DNA from: Zootoca vivipara
Lineage: Eukaryota
Assembly: GCF_963506605.1 (NCBI RefSeq)
Contig: NC_083288.1
Span: forward strand, 28,582,001-28,646,000
DNA length: 64,000 nt
Direction of reading: 5' to 3'
Part shown: positions 12,801 through 22,349 of the stretch, in pieces
Position numbering within the stretch: position 1 is the stretch's first letter
How the letters are laid out: each line of letters opens with the position of its first letter
Made by a program: the position numbers and the translations under genes
Notes under the pieces: model-generated
Databases searched by the model: none
Told to the model about the DNA's origin: nothing
Seen by the model: only the letters and a program-made list of their open reading frames with translations

Positions 12801-14232
12801 CCAAAGTGCAAAACCAATTTGGTTATTCCGAAGGTCTGAAGACCTTCATTTGGGACTGTCCGGTAGAAAAATGGGGAAAGGGTTGTACTTCTCAATACTT
12901 CATCAGATGATCCATAGCTGATCTAAAATGACGGGGAAAGAAGATGAGTTTGAGTACCCTTTTCACTGAGAGTCACAAACAAAGTATCACACATTTCCGT
13001 ATTTATTTACATCTCGACAACCTTCCTATTGATTGTGAAAGCCTGCTCACCTATAAACTCTAGTATCGCTAGAGATAAATAACATGCCAAAAGAAGATCT
13101 GGATTTCTGAATGTTCTATCATGAAAGTCTCTCCCAATATACATACCTGTGGTATCTTGTATAAACCTAAGATAGTTGACATCTGAATGGATGACATGCA
13201 CTTCAGCCCTCCAATAACAGCTATTAAGTTGTTCTGTTTCCTGCAGGTGTAGTTGGGAACTGTTCTGCCTTTTCCTGAAAGGATTCTTAATGAACATTCA
13301 TATGTTTTCCTTGCATTGAAATAGTTTTCATGGGTGTGAAATCCCAGAGTCATGTTGGGTAGCAAATTAGGGTTCTTGTTTATCTCCTCTACTGCATAGA
13401 CCAAGGCAAGAACATGTTGATAATTGCGAGTCAAGGGACTGCAATGAGAATTAATGCACAGAAGATGCAGTATTCCATTACCACCACACATGCGCGCACA
13501 CACTGCAAAATTTAATTTCAAGAGTAATTGCAAGAAACCACTTATAGAAAAATGCAGTAATCATAACAAAATGCTTAGAAGTGAATCACAGGTAAACCCC
13601 ATTGAAATCACAACAGTTGACAGCTATTGAGTAAACATTCATGAGCAAACCAAGGTTTACTTCTGTGTAATGTATGGAATGGACCTTGTAATATTGTACA
13701 GAAATGCCATCTGGGTTTGGAGTGATCATTGATTACTTTGGGGAAAATATATGTGATTGCTGAAGAGTTTTTTTTAAAAAAAAACAATTCTTCCAAGTTT
13801 AGCCCTTATTTAAATATTTTTGTATATGTATTCAGGTGTGTGTGAAGAATATGAAGAACCGTGTCTGTATACCCACCAAAAACAACAACAACAACAACAA
13901 AAACCGTACAGGGATCTATCTTTATTGAAATAAATGACCTTTATTTTATCAGAAGAAGCATTTCACAACATATTTGAAACAGCTTTAACATTTAAAGGAA
14001 GAAGAGTGACTTACTATGGATCTAATGAGTAAGCAAGAGGAGGCTGAATATCAAATCCCTCTAGCTTATCCCATGTAAGGAACTGAGATACAAGAGCACC
14101 AATAGTGAAGTCCCCATCTTTATGGTATCCCTCTGGGTAGCGGTGTTCAAGTATACATTTAAAGTGGGTTTCCTTCCCTACCACATTTGGAAATAGCAGT
14201 GAAAGGAATATCAGAGAGAGCATCATGAACAT
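5902..14232 (-). CDS. Vomeronasal type-2 receptor (V2R, class C GPCR), six coding exons, ~866 aa, apparently intact
   Basis: Exons 14232-14015, 13438-13147, 12922-12107, 10108-9878, 8586-8463 and 6821-5902, all with GT-AG introns and compatible phases (2,0,0,0,1); total 2601 nt with no internal stop. Signal peptide, Venus flytrap motifs ([34 protein letters not shown]), nine-cysteine domain and 7TM region ([23 protein letters not shown]). Confidence 0.93.
7865..8105. mobile_element. Tc1/mariner (Tigger-like) MITE in V2R intron 5
   Basis: Termini CAGTCGTACCTCGGGTTA ... TACCACTG, flanked by TA on both sides; same family as 33201-33441. Confidence 0.8.
8128..8335. mobile_element. Inverted (fold-back) Penelope pLTR remnant with hammerhead motif
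   Basis: Perfect ~83-bp arms (8128-8210 / 8221-8303) around a 10-nt loop, matching the Penelope ends at 29580-29680 and 58385-58470; direct repeat ATACAGAGCA at 8121-8130 and 8336-8345. Confidence 0.85.
8463..8586 (-). CDS. V2R exon 5 (124 nt, cysteine-rich domain)
   Basis: TTTTAG|[10 protein letters not shown]...[18 protein letters not shown]|GTAAGA. Confidence 0.93.
9405..9472 (+). mobile_element. CR1 LINE 3' terminal fragment
   Basis: GGTTGGACTAGATGACC...CCCTTCCAACTCTATGATTCTAT, the typical CR1 3' end with its octamer-repeat tail. Confidence 0.7.
9506..9654. other. Assembly gap (in V2R intron 4)
   Basis: Run of N. Confidence 1.
9878..10108 (-). CDS. V2R exon 4 (231 nt)
   Basis: ATGCAG|LHPFL...GYDILNW...IVW..NFKK|GTAAGA. 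Confidence 0.9.
10963..11324 (-). mobile_element. Sauria SINE in V2R intron 3
   Basis: Collinear with the 2397-2771 copy; a few 5' bases are missing and there is no clear TSD. Confidence 0.9.
12107..12922 (-). CDS. V2R exon 3 (816 nt)
   Basis: TTTTAG|ISYGSSD...FYRTVPNE...VEPWK|GTAGTA; an alternative in-frame donor GTAAGA lies 3 nt further. Confidence 0.92.
13147..13438 (-). CDS. V2R exon 2 (292 nt)
   Basis: TTGCAG| ... [16 protein letters not shown] ... YKIPQ|GTATGT. Confidence 0.93.
14015..14232 (-). CDS. V2R exon 1 (signal peptide)
   Basis: [19 protein letters not shown]...[10 protein letters not shown]; ends CCA TA|GTAAGT, so the ORF-track stop is the splice donor. The exact ATG (14232, 14226 or 14223) is uncertain. 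Confidence 0.85.
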
Positions 14233-15803
14233 TTCAGAACAAGGTCTGCCAGAGCATGTTTCCTTCACATGTATCCCAGGGCTATGATAAGAAAGTGAGG
14301 CCTTTGGGGAAAGGATCAAGTGAATAAGAGAGAGGAAGAACAAGGATTTTTGATGCATGCCTAGACTGAGGAAGTAGGTAATAGAAGAAAACTTCCAAAT
14401 GAAGATACATTCCAATCTATCTCTCTATCTGCCCTCTGAATTGGACACAAATGGGAAAGGTGTTTGAGGCGAATTTGGTGTTTCCTGCAAAATATTCAAG
14501 TGATTTCAAAGAGGGTGGAGGGTTAAAATGAGTGGATATTTTTTCAGAGGTGCCTCATACCTCTGTGTTGCCATCTGCTTCACCAAAAATAAAATTTCAA
14601 GACCAACTCAGAGGTCCAGGTGGAACATGCAAAGTATTTTGTCAAGAAGTAATTTGAGAAGGCTAGAAAAACATATTCCACACATGAACTATATAATCTC
14701 AATATAAACCATCTTGCTCATAAAACAATACGTTATCACTTAGGAGCCACGTATCTGAGGGTGAAATGTTAGGTCTGGCGAAAGGGCGGTCTTATTTATA
14801 GCTTCACGTAAGCACTCCTGACAGAATTCTAGCCACTTTCACTGCAACATTTTTTTTCTTAATACATCACTTCATTGCTATAATTCTGATGATCCTCAGC
14901 TGAATATGGGGCATGAGGGAATTTACCTAGGTGCTTCAGTAATTGCAAGGTAGATAGAAAACTAATTTCAGCTAGAAGAAACCAAACTAAAACAAGTGAC
15001 AGATTGTCTCTACCCAGATGCCCCCAATTTTGTTTACATTCTCCAGTCCTTGTTCCATGCGTCAACATCATCTGAAGTTATGATACCATAATAATTCATT
15101 TCTACATTTACTCTGTGGATGTGGAATCTCCCTGAAGAGATACAAAAATCTGCTCTATTTTTGTATCCCTTCAGGAAGGAAGCAAAACATATATTTTTCA
15201 GAGACCTCAGTCTGCAAGAGGTACATTCCAGCCTTGTTTTTTTTTAAGTTGCTAATTTTCCCCTGTTCAATGCCACCAATATTCTCAATTAATACACAAA
15301 ACGAACACACAATACTCAACAAAACACTAAATCCAAGATAAATATATACCACAATTGCAAAAGGTAAACCGCACATGCACTCCCCACCAAAAAAAATCAG
15401 CCTTAATTCCCACCAAAGGTGAACTTGTTGCAAAAATACAAATTGTGATCAAAACAAGATATATGTTCAATATTAAATGACTGAGTGATTACTGTACTAC
15501 TGCTATCATTGTCATTATCATCAATATTGTTACAATATGATTACATAGCTATTACAAATGTAGTTCATATACATGAAAAGCTCTGTGTCTTGTAAGAATA
15601 TTGCAAACGTTAGAGACATTGAGTTCCTAGAACAGGAGAGGATTGGGGTCAAGGGGAGAGGGAGAGAGGAAAAGACAACAATGAAAGATAAAATGGGAGG
15701 ATAAAAGGTAATCAAGAGAAGTGACTAAGTTAAAGCATCAAAGTTTAGTTGTGTGTGTGATGCATGATTGCCAGGAAGGAAAATGTGATTTCTTATAAAC
15801 TCA

Positions 15804-15880
15804 CCAGGAGTGCCTGGCGTGCTCTGGTCCATGGAGTCACGAGGAGTCGGACACGACTAAATGACTAAACAACAACAACA
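15804..15880 (+). mobile_element. Very short BovB 3' end (paralogous copy at ~25978-26055)
   Basis: GGAGTGCCTGGCGTGCT...GTCGGACACGACTAAATGACTAAACAACAACAAC; TSD ATAAACTCA; present in both duplication units, so it predates the duplication. Confidence 0.8.
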
Positions 15881-16540
15881 TAAACTCATACCTCTCTACT
15901 GACTGAAAATATAGAGCAAGGCCTACCTAGGTAGTTCTATGGTTCTCTAGAAAGATTCAGCCTATGGAAGGAGGATAGAAATTTGCTAAATTTTGGGTAA
16001 AACTAGTCCAGATTCTGGCATAGTCACTTCCGGCGTAGAAGGAGGTGAGATTGTGGGCGGGCCACGAGCCCGAGCACATGCTGGGAGAATGGCTGCCATT
16101 CTCACAGCCCATTGGCTGCCTCCCAGATGCGGCGCTCCCTTGGCGTGTTCAATCAGGACGCTCCAAGGGGGCATGGCTCGCTAATTTAAGCAAGCGTGCG
16201 GCTGGGATTCAGTCTCTCTTTCCAGACCCCCAGATGCTTCATTTTTGCTTTAGGAGTTCCTGGATCGCTGCTGCAGGACAAGCCTCACCGTGGCTTCAGT
16301 ATTTCTATCACTTTCTAGCTAGATTCAGCCTGTGGAAGGAAGATAGAAATTTGCTAAATTTGGGGTAGAATTCCACATTCCACATTGGCATTCCACATTC
16401 TCTCTCTCTTTGTGTATGTGTGTGTGGTGTTCTAATATGCACAAAAAGGAGTACATTTATCTATAAAAATGAAATCATATGTGTTAGTGATGTTATCAAA
16501 TTTGAAGTCACTTTTGAGAAAACAACAACTTTAGCAAGTC

Positions 16541-17877
16541 TTAAATCTGCCTTTTCTTCTCATTTTGCACAACTAGGAATGAGATATTTCTTCTCAATGC
16601 TTCCTTTACTTCTTTATTTCTCAAACTATATATGATGGGATTGATCATGGGAGTCAGGATGGTATAACAGATAGAGAAGACTTTGTGCAGGGCCTTCAGT
16701 CTGTCAGTGTTTGGAATCACATAGACAGCCATCAGTGTGCCATAGAAAATTGTAACTACCAAGAGATGAGAGAAACAGGTAGAAAATGCTTTTTGTTTTC
16801 CAGTTGCAGAAGGGATTTTCATTATGGCTACAATTATGAAAGTGTATGATATGAAGGTCAATATAAATGGGGGAAAGGTGAATATAGAGCCTAAAACATA
16901 CATATACCACTTAAATTTGCTAGTGTCACCACAACATAGTTCTATAATGGGGAAGGTGTCACAAAAGAAATGGTCAATTTTATTACCACCACAGAAAACT
17001 AACGTGGACATGATGATCGTTGTCATAGTAATTGACAGAAAACCAATCAACCAAGAGCTGACTATTAGCTGGAAACACAATTTGCCATTCATCATGGTGA
17101 CATAATGGAGAGGTTTACATATAGCTAAGTACCGGTCATAAGACATTGCAGATAATAAGTAGCATTCCACAGCTCCAAAAAAACCAAAGAAGTAATGTTG
17201 CACAAAACATGCATTGACTGAAATCACTTTCCTTCCCGTAAGGAAACTGGATAACATTCTTGGCAAGATGTTTGAGCTGCAGCAGGTCTCCAAGCATGAG
17301 AGGTTCCCAAGGAAGAAGTACATTGGGGTGTGAAGGTGTAGGTCAGTGGCAACTAGTAAAATGATGAGGATGTTCCCAACCATTGTCACAATGTAGATGA
17401 AAAGGAACAACAGGAAAAGAGGAATCAGCAATGCCTGGTGGTGATCTCCAAATCCCAGAAGAATAAATTCAGTTACATGTATAAATTCAGTTATATTTAT
17501 CTGTTCTTTATTTTCATATAACTTCACCTGTAAAATAGAAAAAGGTTCATGGCAAATCTGAATGGCTTCAAAAGGAGCACATTTCCTTTCTTTTCCATGT
17601 AATAATTGTTCAGATGCCTAGCTTTTGCAAAAGTTTATAGTTCCAACAACGATAATTTCATTTCTCAAATGGAATATGGGTTTCCTGTTTCCACCTAATG
17701 GAATTACAATATCTGCATTAGAAACCCAACCTGCCAAATTTCCATTCCTCCGTCTAACTCACACCTTAGGTACCCTTGCACCCTTGCAATTCTAAGCATT
17801 GTTAAGTACTATATTGTATGCATTTTATATATTTAAAAAGAGAGAGAAAGGCCACATACCTTTAATGGGGTAGTCAT
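16541..17877 (-). CDS. Olfactory receptor with two coding exons (17877-17860 + 17527-16541), 334 aa
   Basis: Full OR motifs. The main exon begins after TTTTACAG| with GTG and has no in-frame ATG before TM1. Upstream GCC ATG ACT ACC CCA TTA AAG|GTATGT supplies an in-phase start. Confidence 0.88.
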
Positions 17878-18841
17878 GGCTGATTTACATAGGTTAATTT
17901 TGTCCAGCATTTCAGCAACCAACACATAATTTCATTAGAAATTCTTCATCTATAACACTTGTTTTGTCTTACCCAAACTATCTAGCATCTCCTGATTCTT
18001 CTGCTGTTCTTTCATTTGATACATTGCAGTACTTAGTCAGAATATCAAGAAACGCGTTAATTGAAAGCTCCTAAATGTGGCCAGGTTCCTTTCCACCTTC
18101 ATGTCTCTTTCTCTAAATAAACAAAGGGAGGCAACCTTATTTAGTATGTATCCGAAGGTCCAAATATGTGTTTCCAGTCACATGCTCTAACAGAACCATG
18201 CCCATTATTACTATATTACTGGAGAAAATACAGAAAGGAAACCTACCGTATCACATCTGAAAGAATCCTTTGAATGTGAGTTGCCTTTTATATGTTAAGA
18301 TTAGCTTCTCCTTGGTATAGTGATTATTACAATATGTCCCTCCTTACTACTAGTGCATTTTACACTCAAGGGGATTTTACACGACAGGGAGCAATCAGCA
18401 ATAGAGAATTTTGTTTACTTTAATGATGTTTGCTGAGCATCTTAATTCAGGAGTGGGCGATCTTCACTTCTGTTAAACATGGAGGGAGCACATGGCAGTG
18501 GTAGGTAGAGTGAGAAGCAAAAAGTGGGTGAGGAGATTGATTTTATGTTTATACAGTAGATTAGTTGATACACACACTCTCACACCCATCTCCACCATCC
18601 ATCCAAACAAGCAAGTGTCATTAGAGTGCAAGGACACATTCCAGCAAGGCAGGGAACATCCAAGGATATTGCAAAAATAAACAAGGAATGTGAGTAATGT
18701 GGCCTGGTAAAATAGGAGTTGGCTGTGTTGGGTGCCAAATGCCAAAGTGAGAGGCCTGAAAGGCAACATTTGGCTCCTGGGCCTCAGTTTCCCCTACACC
18801 TTCCTAAACTAAATCCCTTCCCTGGCTTAATTTGGAGGTGC

Positions 18842-19654
18842 GATTGCGTGTCGAGGTACCAAGACTTCCCACCAATAACTCACACTTCACACAGAATTTA
18901 AGTTTAACGTTTTTGGCATTAATTTTGGCCACAACTTTATTTAAATACAACTGATGTGAGTGGTTGCTTAGGCATTGGTTCCCTTGCCACCTGTCCCCCG
19001 CCTGGGACAGATCTGGCTCCCCTAGCGTACTGGGGAAGCCAGGATGGGTAAGCACCCTCTGAGAGAGGCCGGGGCAGGGCCACCAAGCCCTTGACCTTTC
19101 CCCCAGATGCTCCCCGAGGCTCATGCGTGGTCCTAGCCCCTACCGGGGGCATGGACAAACACGTGGAGCCCCAGGATTCCTTTCACGGAATACCCCTAAA
19201 GGCAGCATCAATTTTGAGGGGCAGGCCCAGCCAAATCCGTACCCCTCCACCATCCAATTTGAACCAATGCCTAACCACCAGCCTTACGAGTTGTGACATT
19301 TTGCTATGTAGTAGGCAAAAACCACAAGGCACCAGCCAATCAGCCAAGTGGCAAAATTCCTACTTGGGCCCTGCATCAATACAGACAACCCCATGACAAG
19401 CAAAGCAAGGTCATGCGCAAACAAGCCCTTAAATATAGGAAAGGAGGGTGGGAGATCAGTTGCAAGCACCAAAAGTGATACAGCAAACTGCTTGCCCAGT
19501 CCATATAGGCTGTGGCTGTTAATCAAACAAATTACAACATAACATTCTGCCCAGCAACAATACCCTCAGTGGCCATCCAAACTGACCCACCCAGCAAACC
19601 AGGGAACGTCTTGTTAACCCTTCAGCAACCCATGCTCTCCTTAAGGGGAGAACC
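18842..19654 (-). mobile_element. LTR-like terminal repeat, probably DIRS/Ngaro-type; specific to unit A
   Basis: Absent from the paralogous site (~28700). The minus strand shows TATA-like CTATATTTAAG (~19430) and AATAAAGTTGTGGCC (~18940), and CCAAT boxes are present; no TG..CA ends or clear TSD. Family assignment is inference. Confidence 0.55.
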
Positions 19655-19912
19655 TGCTTTCCCTACCCCTGTGTGAAATATAATACCAAGAGGCCGATGA
19701 ACAAGGTTGGAATTTTTCCTGAGACCAAACAGACTTGTTTTAGGCCCTTGGTGGGATTAGAATAATTAGAAGAAATTAGAATAAAGTTCTAAACTCAAAC
19801 ATTAAAAGCAACTGGTCCCTGGCAGGGGCCCCCATATGGCTTAGCTCTCCAAGGAGCAGGGCAAGTGTACTTGACTGCCTCCCATCTCTGCAGAGGCCTG
19901 GGCCCAAATATC

Positions 19913-20040
19913 NNNNNNNNNNNNNNNNNNNNNNNNNNNNNNNNNNNNNNNNNNNNNNNNNNNNNNNNNNNNNNNNNNNNNNNNNNNNNNNNNNNNNNNN
20001 NNNNNNNNNNNNNNNNNNNNNNNNNNNNNNNNNNNNNNNN
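19913..20040. other. Assembly gap; the paralogous interval (~28965-29045) contains a (TG)n tract
   Basis: Run of N; flanks match unit B on either side of the TG microsatellite. Confidence 0.95.
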
Positions 20041-20732
20041 ATCCCTATGATTCATACACATGGATAGATGTAGTTCCTCAAATCGGAGGAATTCTCAGAG
20101 CCCAATGGAGCCACATGGGCTAACCAGCATTTCTCAACCTGATACCTTCCAGAAGATTTGAACTTCAACTCCTATTACCCCTGACCAATGGACATGTCAG
20201 CTGAAAAGAATTGTTGTCCAGAGCAACTGGCGGTTACCAGGATGGAGAAGACTAGGCTAACCACTTTAAAAAAACAAAAAAATAACATTCCAGTAGCACC
20301 TTAGAGACCAACTAAGTTTGTCATAGGTATGAACTTTCGTGTGCATGCACACTTCTTGAGATACACTGAAACAGACCCTTATGTATAGTCAGAGGGTGGG
20401 GAGGGGTATTACTCAGAAGGGTGGTGAGAATGGGTGATTGGCTGATAGGAGTGGTAAACCTGTTGACGACTGTTAACGATTGCAATTGGTATTGCAGGAA
20501 AAAGCAATGGGTGAGATGGCTAATGACTAATGACATGTATAATGACTGAGATAAGAATCCAATGTCTTTATTCAGACCAGGTCTCTCCATGGTTTTAAGC
20601 TTGGTAATGAGTTGCTATTCAGCAACTTCTCTTTTTTTCCCCAAATTATTTTTTATTGATTTTATATAAAAAAACATAAACAAAGAAAAAAAGAGAGAAA
20701 CAAAGCAATTCACAGTAATTCCATCATTAAGA

Positions 20733-20832
20733 CGAAGTGTATCTGACGAAGTGTGCATGCACACGAAAGCTCATACCAAAATAAAAACTTAGTTGGTCTT
20801 TAAGGTGCTACTGAAGGATTTTTTTTATTTTG
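20733..20832 (+). ncRNA. Solo 100-nt Penelope pLTR insert carrying a minimal type I hammerhead ribozyme
   Basis: GTAT-CTGACGA-A-GTGTG(CATG)CACAC-GAAA-GC-TC-ATAC; exact 14-bp TSD TTCCATCATTAAGA at 20719-20732 and 20833-20846. Confidence 0.8.
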
Positions 20833-21035
20833 TTCCATCATTAAGAATAACAGGTAAAAATACAGTAAAGAGGAATATAGGTGGGGGACCCCCAAAATAT
20901 AAAAAAGATGACAAAGCGAAAAGCCTGAAAGAAAAAAGAAAAAATACAAACAATTGACATCTTATTTAATTAACATTTTGGGCTTCCCCGACCTCCCCCT
21001 TCCCGAGTTCAAATTAAATCCCTCTTATGCAACTT

Positions 21036-21451
21036 AAAAGAAGCATGCAACCATAAAGAAGGCTGATCGCCGAAGAATTGATGCTTTTGAATTATGGTGC
21101 TGGAGGAGACTCTTGAGAGTCCCATGGACTGCAAGAAGATCAAACCTATCCATTCTTAAGGAAATCAGCCCTGAGTGCTCCCTGGAAGGACGGATCGTGA
21201 AGCTGAGGCTCCAATACTTTGGCCACCTCATGAGAAGAGAAGAATCCTTGGAAAAGACCCTGATGTTGGGAAAGATTGAGGGCACTAGGAGAAGGGGACG
21301 ACAGAGGACAAGATGGTTGGATAGTGTTCTCGAAGCTACGAACATGAGTTTGACCAAACTGCGGGAGGCAGTGCAAGACAGGAGTGCCTGGCGTGCTATG
21401 GTCCATGGGGTCACGAAGAGTCGGACACGACTAAACGACTAAACAACAACA
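21036..21451 (+). mobile_element. BovB (RTE) 3' fragment nested in element A
   Basis: Nearly identical to 32579-32983; (CAA)n tail; TSD ATGCAACTT (21027-21035 / 21452-21460). Confidence 0.93.
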
Positions 21452-21737
21452 ATGCAACTTTCATTTTTACTCGTATTTTAAACTATTTCCTTTTTTCCTT
21501 TTTACATATTTACTCAATATCCTCATCTTATCTATTACTCTTGAACCAGTTCTCTATTCTCATTCTATTTATTATTTATTTCTTTTTCTATTTAATCCCC
21601 TTAGCCTATAATTTCCCCCAAAAAATACACCTTAGCTTCATTATTCTTTCTTCTCTCATACTTAGCTTTATACATTTCAATCATATTCACCTCTCCCTCC
21701 CCTGGATTCCGGTTCCCCAGACGCATCAACAAGCTCC

Positions 21738-22349
21738 TTAAAACATTCCAGTTTCAGACCATCTTATTCCGTCCAATAAGCCCACACCAGCTCTGACCCA
21801 TTCCAACCCACACCACTCCCTCACCATTCGGTGGTGACATTCTAATTCTTTAAACCATGCCCCACACCATCCTTCCTTTTTTACCCAATGTCCGTGAATC
21901 CCAATTTTCTCTCCCCAAAAAACCAATCTGATGCCTGGATTGTGCTTCCCCTCTCTCACTGGGGAAGCACCCTTCCAGACCAAATCTTCATCAACTGCCC
22001 AAGCATTATAGTCCTTCCATGGGACTTGTTCTCCCTCTCTCACAGGTTGAACAATGTCCCAAGATCTTTCCTCTTCAAGAGCCCATTGTATTATGCAAAT
22101 GTCCTGTGCAACCCCTCTCACTGGTTGCACTAGGTTACAGTCCTTCTGCTCCTCTTTTTGCTCTTCTTTTTTAGGCTTAATAATGTCCACACATTCCTTG
22201 TCCTTAGCTTGTGGCTCATCCTCTGTTGGGGAATCTGATTGTTCCCTTTTGCCTGAACGTAGTTCATATAATATTTCATGAAGTTGTTTTAAGATAAATT
22301 GTAAACAGTCTAATTCTGCAGAGGAAGCTGATGTTTTGTCTACTTCCAT
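21738..22349 (-). CDS. Element A ORF, ~203 aa acidic protein of unknown function
   Basis: First ATG MEVDK; amphipathic helix LQFILKQLHEILYEL, E/K-rich middle, three (V/S)(Q/)PVR(E)G-type repeats, Trp-rich C terminus with GVG. Coding status unproven. Confidence 0.45.
   Translation of the reverse strand: MEVDKTSASSAELDCLQFILKQLHEILYELRSGKREQSDSPTEDEPQAKDKECVDIIKPKKEEQKEEQKDCNLVQPVRGVAQDICIIQWALEEERSWDIVQPVREGEQVPWKDYNAWAVDEDLVWKGASPVREGKHNPGIRLVFWGEKIGIHGHWVKKEGWCGAWFKELECHHRMVREWCGLEWVRAGVGLLDGIRWSETGMF

Noticed and set aside
14014-14016. Apparent premature stop after V2R exon 1
   Set aside because: The TAG overlaps the TA|GTAAGT donor; the spliced codon is TAT.
20326-20365. Hammerhead motif copies at ~20326-20365 and ~29327-29368
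   Set aside because: The core reads CTCAAGA instead of CTGANGA, so they are predicted inactive.
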